Shown here one piece after another: positions 26,925 through 37,441 of a stretch of DNA of 64,000 nucleotides; positions within the stretch are counted from its first letter, which is position 1; every line of letters starts with the position of its first letter. Location: positions 2,914,001-2,978,000 of the forward strand of contig OZ218956.1 of the NCBI GenBank assembly GCA_965112735.1, read 5' to 3'. The DNA comes from Phaeosaccion multiseriatum (taxonomy: Eukaryota; Protista; Ochrophyta, other classes). Under the pieces are notes generated by a model. That model searched no databases, was not told the DNA's origin, and saw nothing but the letters and a program-made list of their open reading frames with translations. The position numbers and the translations under genes are program-made.

Positions 26925-27239
26925 GAAGCACCAGAGCCGACTTCAGTGGAGCCGGCCCCGCTGCTGGGCCCCGACGAGCAGACCTTCACGCATGCGGAGA
27001 TGCTGGGGTTGAAGCTGCTCTTCTCTCTCATGAACCTCAACGACTCGGACTACATTGATTCCGCAGCACTGCAGATGTATGCGGAGAACGAGAACGACCA
27101 CGGCCTCGCTAAGGAGGTACAAGCGTGCATTGACGCAGCCGACGCGGACGGAGACGGCGTGATTGGTCTCATGGACTTTACGTGCTTCGCCGGACGGCTC
27201 AAGTGCTGCTATGAGCGGGGCTGGCTCACGGGCATCTGA
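19665..27239 (+). CDS. Calcineurin-A-like PPP Ser/Thr phosphatase fused to N-terminal RING-HC (plus possible B-box) and C-terminal EF-hand pair; exons ~19665-20161, 20387-21026, 21342-21597, 22011-23512, 23928-24416, 24952-24984, 25359-25644, 25961-27239
   Basis: PPP motifs GDLHG, GDYVDRG, RGNHE, HGG, DLLWADP, RAH, SAPNY. Calcineurin-like N-terminal LRKHFF..., NPYRGCSVSFG and autoinhibitory-like YEQRAAHDRIHELHP. RING: CPQC...IPRALHCGHLICTEC...CNKC. EF loop DADGDGVIGLMDF. Junctions are phase-compatible. Confidence 0.88.
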
Positions 27240-27294
27240 TCTGGGGGAAAACTTGTTATTCTTACTAAGAGAGATAGATGATTTTTATTTATAA

Positions 27295-27480
27295 CACACG
27301 ATTTGCGTAAGAATCGCCCAAATCGCCCGTTTTTTAGGGATCGACCGGCAAGGGCGAGTGCTCCTGCGGAAATGCTGAAGACTAGGGAAAGAACTCAAAG
27401 TTTGAACAAGAGGTATACAGTAGTAGCGCTTCTCCCAGCGTCATTTTGCGGAGTTGGGCGATTCTTACGCAAACCGAGTG
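27295..27480. mobile_element. MITE-like non-autonomous DNA transposon, 186 bp
   Basis: 27-bp terminal inverted repeats matching 25/27: cacacgatttgcgtaagaatcgcccaa (27295-27321) and ttgggcgattcttacgcaaaccgagtg (27454-27480). Flanks are ATAA and TTAA, also readable as a TA target duplication. No credible coding capacity. Confidence 0.65.
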
Positions 27481-28091
27481 TTAAAAAAAAGAGGCCCCAG
27501 GTTTGCAACACCTCTTTGAAGACTGAAGACTGAAGACTTGTGTGTATGATATGATTGCAAGCCCTGTCCTCCATCCAGCTCGTGGAAAGTTGAAGTTGCG
27601 GTTCATGACAGGCAGTTACAGTCGTAGCGGGCCTAACGCGCTGATACAGACAGGCCTTTCTTTTGGAAGGAAGGGTGAGGTAGGTAGGGAGGGAGGCAGG
27701 ATGGTAGGTAGGTAGGTAGGGAGGGAGGTAGATAGGTAGTTAGGGAGGGAGGGAGGGATGGGGAAGGGAGGGAGGGAGGGAGGGCGGGAGGGAGTGAGTG
27801 AGGGAGTGAGTGAGTGAGGTAGGTAGGGAGGTAGGGAGGGAGTGGCGGGGAACACACATCTCTCCTCTCCTCGGCCGACATGAAGCAGACGCAGCAGCAG
27901 AGCGGCAGCAGTTGGTGATACAGCAACAGGAGCTGCAATGAAGAGGCTTTGGATGGCAGAAGGAAGGATGGATGGAGGCGGGAAGACACAATGATTTGAG
28001 TCCACACCCCTCTCTGTCTCATCGTGTTATATTACAACATCGCATTGAAAAAGAAGCTCGGGAAGGAGAAGAAGGAAGCGACCGTGGTCCG

Positions 28092-29979
28092 TCACCTCAG
28101 CTGCAAGCGGAGGGTGAGTTCCCCACTCGGAGCACTGGCGGTATCCGCAAGGCCCTCCGGATCAGTCAGGCTCTCTTTGAAGGTCTCCTCCTGACGGACA
28201 GACGACAGGCAGTCAGTCACGCGAGAGAGAGAGAGGCGGGGGGGGGGGTGAGGGCGAGTAAGCTTGCAGCACACTGTACTGCACGCTCCAGGTTAGTGGT
28301 CGTGTCAACACTCCTTTCGTGTTGATATATTCCGTGATAAGAGCACAATAAAAATGGCCCCTTCCCCGCTCCCTCCTCTTGCTCTTCGTTGCCTACCCAT
28401 ATGATCTTCTCACCTTGCCATCTGTGAGTGGCTCAAGAGGTATACAAACTTTGCCCAGGAAGTTGTCGGTACCGATTGGCTTCTTGTTGAACACGCTCAC
28501 GGACAGGTGGCGCTTTGACGCTGGGGACTGGCACACATGGTCAATCACCACCAGTTCGTTCCATTTGGGGCTTGTCGTATTCAGCTGCAGCAGCAGGAGC
28601 AGCAGCAGGAGGAGGAGGAGGAGGAGGAGGAGGGAGGGGGAGGGGCAGGGAGTGTGGGAGGGAAAAGCTTAGCTCACCACGGATGGCATCCACCCACAGG
28701 GCAAGTAATGCCTCATCACCGCTCACATGTAGCAAACAACGTGGCGGTAGACACCCCACTCCCAACAGTCAAATCCAAATGCAGAGAGACAGCCATCCAT
28801 TGCCATCCATCCTTCTTCTACCCCGCCCAACCCCCCATCCATCCGTCCATCATGGCCTACCTTCATGAGGGTTTTGAACTTCTTCTGCCGACCCCGCCCC
28901 CCTCTGGCAGAGCTCTGTCCATCCCTCGCTACCTCAAGTACGCAATACGCGCACGTCTTGCCATCCGACCCCCCGGGGGGAAGGTTGGAGGCGGACACGA
29001 CCGTTACGCAAAGCTCGTAGTCGTCCTCCTCTTCCTGCACACCAGCCACAGAAACGTCACTGACTGACGCCACCGAAGAAGCCGTGTCGGGGCGGATTGA
29101 GAATGACGGTTTCGAGCTGGTGGTGGTGGTGGTGGTGGTGGTGGTGGTGGTGGTGCCCGCCGCCCCGGGCCCCGGCGACGTCTTGCCTCGTGCTTGCGCT
29201 GTGCCACCCAAGGCATGGCGTATGTGAGAGTCATACAGCAGCGTGGCGCCCTGTTGGTCCATGCATGGTCATATGGTCATAGGGGGGAGAGGGAGACGTG
29301 AAGTTTTACACGGTACGCGGGTGGCGGGCGGGCAAGGCGGCAGAGATTGATTGCACCACCGGCTGTGCGACCGTCTACTGCTCTCGCCTCCTTCTGTGGT
29401 ACTGCTGCTAATCGTGTGTCCTCTCCTCCGCCGAAACATCAACTACCCCCCAACAAGAACAGGCAGCAGGAGCCTTGTATCAACGGGCTCTTCATCCGCC
29501 CCAATCCTTTCCGATGATGGCGTACGTACCTGACGTTCACCGAAGCAGTAGTAGAGGAACGCCATCTTGGCGAGGTAGTAGATGGAGACGCTGTGGATGA
29601 AGGGGAGGGTTTGCTCCAGAATGGATAGGCCCGTGAAGATAATCCAGTACACGACCCACTGCTTTGTCTGTGCCTCGCCGGGAGGGGAGCTGCTGCTGCT
29701 GTTCACTCCGAGGGCCTGCATCAAAGGAAAGAACGCACATGCGCACATGCCAGAGATGAGGGCGAGAGTCGCGAGTGTCAAGGGCATGGGTGTGAGCACG
29801 GTCAGTGCACTGTCAGTCATCGTATGCCCACTGCCCGAGGAGGTCTGCCTGTCTGTACCTGGAGAGTGCGGTGGGCGGGGTACACAAAGCCCACGAGATC
29901 GGCAAGCAACGCCGTCCACCCCAGTAGGTGCATGCACATGGCAGCAAGTGCCGCAAATGCCCTGCAAGAGGGAGACAGG

Positions 29980-30025
<46 letters not shown>

Positions 30026-30191
30026 GAGAAAGGAGAAGCAGTCGGTAACATCACACGAGAAGTTTTTGCCCTGAAGCTCTCCTGAGACATTCACTTACAT
30101 GAGGAAAAAGGCTCGAGAATAGCCGTATTGCCGTTCCAGGGCGTGAAGTATCTCTGCCAGGGGGAGGGAGAGAAGGAGGCAAGTGTCCCTC

Positions 30192-30257
<66 letters not shown>

Positions 30258-30361
30258 GGGAGTCCCACCGGATACTCACTTCCAGGCATCTGCTCAGGGT
30301 TCAAGTAGCGGTCCATCCATCTCTCCACATTCACGCGTACTCGATCAAGCTCCTCCTCCAT
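28092..30361 (-). CDS. REEP/Yop1/HVA22 (TB2/DP1) membrane-shaping protein fused to a C-terminal C2 domain; ~7 exons, possible extra terminal exon to 27616
   Basis: Spliced: ...LLADLVGFVYPAHRTLQ|ALG...TKQWVVYWIIFTGLSILE...YYLAKMAFLYYCF..|GATLLYDSHIR (TB2/DP1 signature), then ELCVTVVSASNL...AYCVLEV...KFKT..|LNTTSPKWNE...LSVSVFNKK...DNFLGKVCIPL...GELTLRLQL (C2 fold). Confidence 0.85.
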
Positions 30362-31172
30362 TGCCGCCCAACGTCCCCCTCCCCTCCCCTCCCCGTCCAA
30401 TTCCCTCTTTTCCTCGTTGACTCTTGGTGCTCTTCCGGGATTTAACTCTCAATTATACCGTGTGTACTGTATGGCACGGCGTATCAGTAGGGAATGTAGC
30501 CAAAGGGAAAAAAAAAGAGGGAAAGGGGGGTGGGAAGTTGGATGACCCAAGATGGCCCGTATGCCTTTTCTGCTGTTCTCTCGCTCGGCGTGTTGTGCAA
30601 TTTTTTGTGAAAACCTCGAGCTCCCCTCTCTCCCTGCACAAGCACAAGCAGCATGTCGGAAGAGTCGGGACTTGTGTACAATAGCGACGATGAAGAAATC
30701 TTGGGGGTCGAGAAACTGGAGGGCGAAGAAAGGTGGGAGAAGGAAGATGGAGAAGGAGAGGCGAGGGGGTCGGAGAGGAGGAAGAGAATTGAGAGAGAGG
30801 AGAAGAGATACATTGAGGGGGCGGGGGGGTAATGTAGGAAAGGGGACGAGGTACACAGTAGGCTGCTCGATCTGCTGGAGTTAGTTTGCAGAGAGGGACG
30901 ATCCAAATCACGGTTTGCAGAAAGAGACTGCTCCTTGCTCCGCTTCAGAGTTCTAGCGGCGGCTTTGTATGTGAGAGGAGGCGCCATGGGGCGAAGGACC
31001 GAGTCTGCAGCGCGCCCATGCTTCCCCCACCTCACTCTGGCCCTCTCTTTTTTCTCTCTCTCTCTCTTGCTCTCTCTCTCTCCCCTTCACTACTGATTGC
31101 TGCACCGTTCCCAGGATTCTTGATCGGTTTGGCCCGGCTGGAAAGAGGGCCACAGGGGAGTTCGAATTAGAC

Positions 31173-31871
31173 ATGGAAGGCGCGGGCGCCGCCGAGGAGG
31201 GAGAGGTTGACGAAGCTGCGGAGGAGGCTGCTTTCTTTGGGGACGTCGATCTGGGCGTGGATGTGAACGGAGAGGTGGGAGGAGCCATGTTGGATCTGAC
31301 CTTGGGGAGGGAGGACGACGATGACGACGACGACGACGACGACGGAGGAGGAGAAGGAGAATCTGACGACGAATACGAGGAGGGGGAGGGCAGCGAGGGC
31401 TACAGCGGCGACTCGGGCGACAGCGAGGGGGAAGAAGCGGACGAGGACGCAGAGCGCCTGTACAACGCGAGTCGCGACGGAGACATGGTTGCAGTGAAGA
31501 GCAGCCTCGCAGCAGGGGCCTTTGTGGACCACAGGAGCATGAGTACTCGCCGCACCTGTCTCATCGAGGCCAGCAGGGAGGGGCACTTGGAGATCGTCAA
31601 GGTGCTTCTCGCCGCCGGAGCCGAGGTCAATGCAGAGACGGCCATGGGCGAGACGCCCTTGCTCATGGCCACCATGCAAAACCATCCCGCCGTCGTGGCG
31701 GAGCTCATTGGGGCAGGGGCGCACGTCTGCATACGAGACACTTATGGGGAGACGCCGCTGGGCGCCGCCAAGGTGTTGAAGCACTCGGAGGTGGCCACGC
31801 TGCTCGAGGCCGCCATGGAGAAGGAGGCGGCGGAGTCCGAGACGGAGGATGAGGAGGGCTCTGCGGCGTAA
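31173..31871 (+). CDS. Ankyrin-repeat protein with acidic N-terminus, single exon
   Basis: 3-4 ankyrin repeats: LYNASRDGD..VKSSLAAGA, TCLIEASREGHLEIVKVLLAAGAEVN, GETPLLMA...GA, GETPLGAA. Confidence 0.9.
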   Translation: MEGAGAAEEGEVDEAAEEAAFFGDVDLGVDVNGEVGGAMLDLTLGREDDDDDDDDDDGGGEGESDDEYEEGEGSEGYSGDSGDSEGEEADEDAERLYNASRDGDMVAVKSSLAAGAFVDHRSMSTRRTCLIEASREGHLEIVKVLLAAGAEVNAETAMGETPLLMATMQNHPAVVAELIGAGAHVCIRDTYGETPLGAAKVLKHSEVATLLEAAMEKEAAESETEDEEGSAA

Positions 31872-32584
31872 GCGTGGAAGGAGTGGAGTCGAAGGAAGAC
31901 GAAGGACTGAGTGTGTAAGGAGTCGAAGGAAGTCGAAGGAGCCTGCGGCGTCTCAACAAGAAGTGGGGGTTATTGGTGGTGCCTTAGAGACTGGAAGGAG
32001 CGCTACTATTGTGAGCTGAGCTGGGCCTGGTGGGCAAGCACGCAAGCAAGCAAGGCAGTAGCCGAGCGGAGCGGAGCGGTGGGGCTCCGGGGAGGGAGTG
32101 TAGGAGTGCGGGGGGGAAGGAAGCATGTGGTCTTGCCTCGTCAGGAACACTACCATGGGGGCTGTGTGGGCTGTGAGGGGGGGTGAAAGGGGCGGTAAGG
32201 TAAGGTTACATAATTTGGAGTGTGAGGAGTAGGTATAGCGAAGGAGGAAGAGAAGAGAACGAGGAGTATTGTAAAGGAGAGGATGGATCATAACACTTAA
32301 CGGAAGGGGCGATTTTAATGATCTCTGCCCGTCGGCAGAGACGGTCGTAAGATGCAAGATGCAGGTTACGAGAATCAACACACAATAAAAAGTGAGCTTC
32401 CCTTGGAAAGAAGAGTGGCAGATTGAAAAAAAGCGAAAAGGAGACATCGACTTTTTTCGATGACGTCCCGAATATCGATCGAATTATGTTTTTTTTACGG
32501 TTTCTCTCTCTCCCTCCCTCCCCTCCCTCCCTCCCTCCCTCCCTCCCTCCCTCCCTGGCTTTAGCAACTAGCATGAGCTCATAA

Positions 32585-35500
32585 ATGGCCTCAGAGACAG
32601 GGGAGACCCTCATGGTGGGGCCAGCGGCTTGTGCCTTCAGGCTGGCGGAGAAGGCCGAGTGCGAGAGGTTGTGCCTCGCGTTGGCCATGCTCGAGGTGCT
32701 CCGTGACCCTACCATGCAGGGCGGCTTTAGAAAGTATCTCGCTCGCAAGCACTTGGCAGAGGAGCTGCTCTTTTTCTGGGTGGAAGTGGATGAGCTGAAG
32801 AGCCTTGTAGCCCACAACAACAACAACCGCGTGGGGAGCTCTGGCGGGGGTTGTGAGGGGAGAGAGAACCCGCACACCACCCCGCATCGCTGGGTGGGTT
32901 CAAGCAAGAACCGGAGGTCCATACGGGGCTCCTCAGTGCTGCCAAGTGATGGAAAGGGCGCCAAGGTCACATGGTTGGGGACAAATCTGTCCCGGAGAGA
33001 GCTGTCCGGACGGGTGATGATTATGGTGGGTTCACCCGCCCGCTTCTCGAGTTTCGTGGCTGCTCTTGTCTGTCTGTCTTTCGTACAGGGTCGGGGGGTC
33101 CCATATCCTTCTTTCCACGCCACACCACCCACACGTTTGCCTGCTGGTCCGAATATAAACACATGACAGGCAACAACCATTTTCTATCGGTATATTGTCG
33201 ATGGGAGCGCGAGGACCATAGGCGGCTTCGTAGACAGAGACACGCGGCAGGATGTGCAGAAGGCGCTGGGGCTACACCTCAGCAGGGGAAGAAAGGGCAC
33301 CGCCGCCCACCGGGTGCGCGGCTTGTCCGTCGAGGGCGTGGTGGAGGCGTTCGAGGAGGCGCACGTCAAGGTCTTCAACAAGCTGCTCTTCGACTTTCTA
33401 CCAGGTGAAGCAAGTGTGGGCAAGTGTTTGTAGCTGGGTGTGTGCGTTTGCAAGGAGGTAGCAGCTGCTAGCCGCGGTTCACTCATCTGAATATCAGAAG
33501 AAGAGCTTCCATGGGCCTCATTGCTGCTCTTTTGGGCAGCCACCCGTAGCCTACGCCCTGTTGCTTGTTCCCACCAAGTGGCATCTTTCTCTAACGGATT
33601 CCCTCCGTCCTCGGCGTACCCCCATTCACATGTATATATGTATTTATATATGTATGTGTGTATGTGTGTATGTGTGTGTGTGTGTGTGCTTTCTCCATGT
33701 GCCGATCGATCGGGGATTGGATTGCAGGCTTCGTGGCCTCTCCCTTTCTTCTCGAGCTCGTGGAGAGCGTGCAAGAGATACAGGAGGTGCCCGAAATGAT
33801 GCGGACATGGAGACGCTCCAAATCCGACTGCACCTTCTCCTCCTCCTCCTCCTCCTCCTCCTCTGGCACCTGCCCCTCCGGCACCACCTCGCGGCGGACC
33901 TACAGACGCGTAAGGAGGAGACTCGACGAGCCACCCGCGGGGCAGCAGCAGAAGAAGAATGACTCAGGGGACGCCTGCCAAGGCTCCTCTCCGACATTCG
34001 CTGCTGAGACCGGCGGGGTACAGCGGAATACACCTGCTGCACCCTCCTTAGGCATAAGGAACCACTTTGCGAAGACGTTTTTGCCCGGCTTGCGACTCGG
34101 GTCGAAAAGGACACGCACTGTTGCTGCTGGTGCTGCTGCTGCTGCTGCTGCTGCTCCTTCTACTTCTGCTTCTGTTGCTGCTGCTCAGGAGAGCACTGGG
34201 GCCGATACCGCCTCAGTGATGGAGCCGAATTCCTCTGGTGGCCGAAGCGTCAGGGACGATCTCAAGAGCCCGGCCCTGATGATGAGAGTCGTTGTGGACA
34301 ACCCATGTCTCCTATACTACTTTCGGCGATACCTCCACGGGTCTGTGCTCGTAGCAAGGAGGAAGAGACGATTGAATGCTCCGAAGGTGTACTTCCCTGC
34401 GGACGTGCTGCTCAGTTGTCTGGTGGAGATGCACGACTTTCGATGCACCAATCGATCACATCTTCGTGCCCAGCGGGCAAAGCGCATATTCTCTCGATAC
34501 GCCATCCAAGGCTACGGCTGCTGGCCCCTCCTGCAGCTGCTGGGAGAGTACGACAAGCTTTGTGAAGGTCCTCGTCCCACGAAGAAGGGGGAAGTGCTCC
34601 TGCCCTTGGACTTCTTCGACGCCACCTTTGTGCCCCTGGCAGAGCAGCTGTACGCCATGCATGGTCGTGGCTTTGGGTTCAGCCACGAGTTGGTGGTACT
34701 CGAGTCCCTCGTGGATACGCAGGAGCATGCAATAGTGCGGTCGGCGAGCTATCGAATCAACCAATTGGCTGTCAAACAGCAGGAAAGTTTCGTCATCCCC
34801 AGGCTTGAGGATGGCAGCAGAGGGAGGGGTTCCATACCAAAGGCAATCGGCAGGGACCAGTCGTGCGTTACAGGAAGCATCAACGAGGGGGATCTGGGGG
34901 TTAGTGGCGGCATAGGGTTAACGGCAAGCCAGTCAGGCCTGAGCACGGCGATGGGTATTGAGTATCCTACCGGTCAGCTTCAGTTGCAAGGGGGGCAGCT
35001 TGGAGCGGTGCTGGAGGGGGATACAGACAAGGAACTGGAAACCACCGTTACCACAAAGATGGTGACGCATCAGGTCGACATGCTGCTACTCTTGCTGAAG
35101 GACAAGATTCCGCTCGTGGAGGTGGGTCAGGAGTGACAGGGCGGGGTCATCACCAGAAGGACACCCCTCGTCGAACGTAGAACCGGACTGGCTGGCTGAC
35201 TGACTGACTCACTCACTGACTCACTGACTGACTGACTGACGGACGGACGGACGGACGGACGGACGGACTGACTGACTGACTAACTGAGATGACGTGCGCG
35301 CCTGACCGGCCGTGAGCGCGCCTCTGTCCTTCCTTCCTTCCGTCCTTCCTTCCTTCCTTCCTTCCTTCCTTCCTTCCTTCCTGACTAACTGACTGACTGA
35401 CTGACTGACTGACTGACTGACTGACTGACTGATCCCAGGAGGAACACGGCGGGGAGTTGTCCGACGACGACGACGACGCGCGGCTGCTCGACGGCCTCTT

Positions 35501-36716
35501 GAGCGTTTCGGAGGGTTCCGACGGCTCTTGCACTTTGTTGGAGCCTCTCGCTGGGTCCGGCAGGGAGGGCGGCGGCAGCGGGGGGGGGGGGGGAGGGGAG
35601 GGGTGGGGCTCAGCTCGGCTGCAGCAGCAGGAGCAGGAGGTGCTGGAAAGGAAACATGCAAACTGCGCGCTCCCTCCCAACCCTCCCTATGAGGTGGACT
35701 GCCGAATAAAGGCCTTCATGGGGCTTATACAGGAGCGTTACGGAAGAGCACTGTTTCTGCGCTTCACCAAGCGAATGTACCAGGAGGAGAGCGTCATGTT
35801 TCTTTTCGACGTCCTCGACTTTCGCTCCTCCAAATTGGTGGGCACGCTGGCCAACGGCAACACCGCGCTTCCGCCCACGCCCCCCCCTCCCGCCCCCACC
35901 ACCACTGCTGTGCCCATTCCGAGGACTGGCGGGTGCGACATCGCAGAGAAGAAGAAGAAGAAGAAGACGAAGAAGAAGAAGAAGGGGGGGGGAGGGGGGG
36001 AGGAGGAGGCGGAGGAGGAGGAGGAGGAGGCGGAGGAGGAGGAGGAGCAGGAGGAGGAGGAGGAGGAGGAGGAGGAGGAGGAGGAGGAGGAGGAGGAGGA
36101 GGAGGAGGCGGAGGGGGGAGGGCAGGAGGCGCCCGACCAGCAGGAACGGGGTGGAGGGAAGGCGGCCAACTCCCGCTCCAGCCCCCCGCGATCAGCAGCA
36201 GCAGTTGGTGATACAGCAGCAGCAGCAGCCACTGCTTCGAAAGAGGAGGTGCAACAAGTGGAAACTTCATCCGCAGTGGTCTTGGCCAGACTTCTGCACG
36301 CCAAGACATTGTACGAGTGTTACGTTGCACCCGACGGGGAGTGGGCCATTAACGTCGACTCCATAATGGTGCATAACATCAAGGGGGAGTTAGACCAAGC
36401 AGTGGCGGGGGGGCCTGGCGGGGGTGAGGGTGGTGGTGGTGGTGTTAGTGATGTTAGTGGTGGTGGTGGCGGGGCTGTAGCGCCCCCCATCTCGCTGTTC
36501 GATGAGGCGTTTTGGGAGGTGCTCAAGCTTGTGGTGCAAAATCTGTGGCACAAGTTCCTGGACAATTCGCCCGAGTATAGGGCCTTTGTGACCTCCTTGC
36601 ACAACCGCATGAACAGGCAGGCGCTGCGCTTGGTCGGCACCGCCACGCGCATCGATGTCATCGCGGCCAAGGTGCGGGAGCGAGGTCTCGTGAGGAAAAA
36701 ACCTTCGCGGGCCTGA
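32585..36716 (+). CDS. Protein with three RGS (regulator of G-protein signalling) domains; exons ~32585-32965, 33170-33404, 33728-35121, 35438-36670/36716; possible extra exon ~37032-37283
   Basis: RGS1: LEVLRDP...FRKYLARKHLAEELLFFWVEVDEL...IFYRYIVDGS...FEEAH..VF..L..DFLPGFVAS. RGS2: VVDNPCLLYYFRRYL...AKRIFSRY...FFD. RGS3: FLRFTKRMYQEESVMFLFDVLDFR...AKTLYECYVAPDGEWAINVD...LFDEAFWEVL....NLWHKFLDNSPEY. Confidence 0.8.
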
Positions 36717-37441
36717 GTGCGTGAGGTGGCCGACCCAGTGATGAGCCTCCGATCTAAGCGTATTTTTTTTTGTATATGTTATTATATATAATAATATACA
36801 TACATATATATATTTGTATGTATATATATAATAATATATATATGCATTTACATGCCCATCCACTACCATCCCGTCGTGGGCACTGCTAGCTACACAAGCC
36901 TGTAACTCTCGGCAGTGACGCAGTGGAGGCACCCAGCCACCCACCCATCCACCACACGTTTGAAAGCACCCCCATGTCCATCCACCGCCCGATCCTCGCT
37001 GACTTCGCTGACTTGCTCTTGCTCTGTGCAGCGCCCCAGCCAAGCGGCCGTGTCGAGCCGTGGGCGCCTCCCGACGTCCGGCCTCGCCCCTCCCCGGGAG
37101 GTAATGAAGGTAAATAGTGTCAGGACTCGACTATGTCTCCAAACTAAAACAGGCGGTGACAGGAAGCACACCAGCACATATGCCACTGCCGCCGCCGCCG
37201 CCGCCGCCGCCGACAATCGAAAAAAAACAAAATTGACGTCAGCCCCCCTGACCCCTGACCCCGCCCGCGAGACGTTTCCCTGACTTACTACAGTCCTCAC
37301 TGACATGTGAAGGGGTGTACGCACGGATCGAATTGAATGTTTGATGGAATAAAATATTCGAAGGGCGAGGAGGTGGGGGAGCCAATATAGCCACACACAA
37401 AACACAGAGCTCTTTGTGGATCACACACAAAAGGAGGAGCC

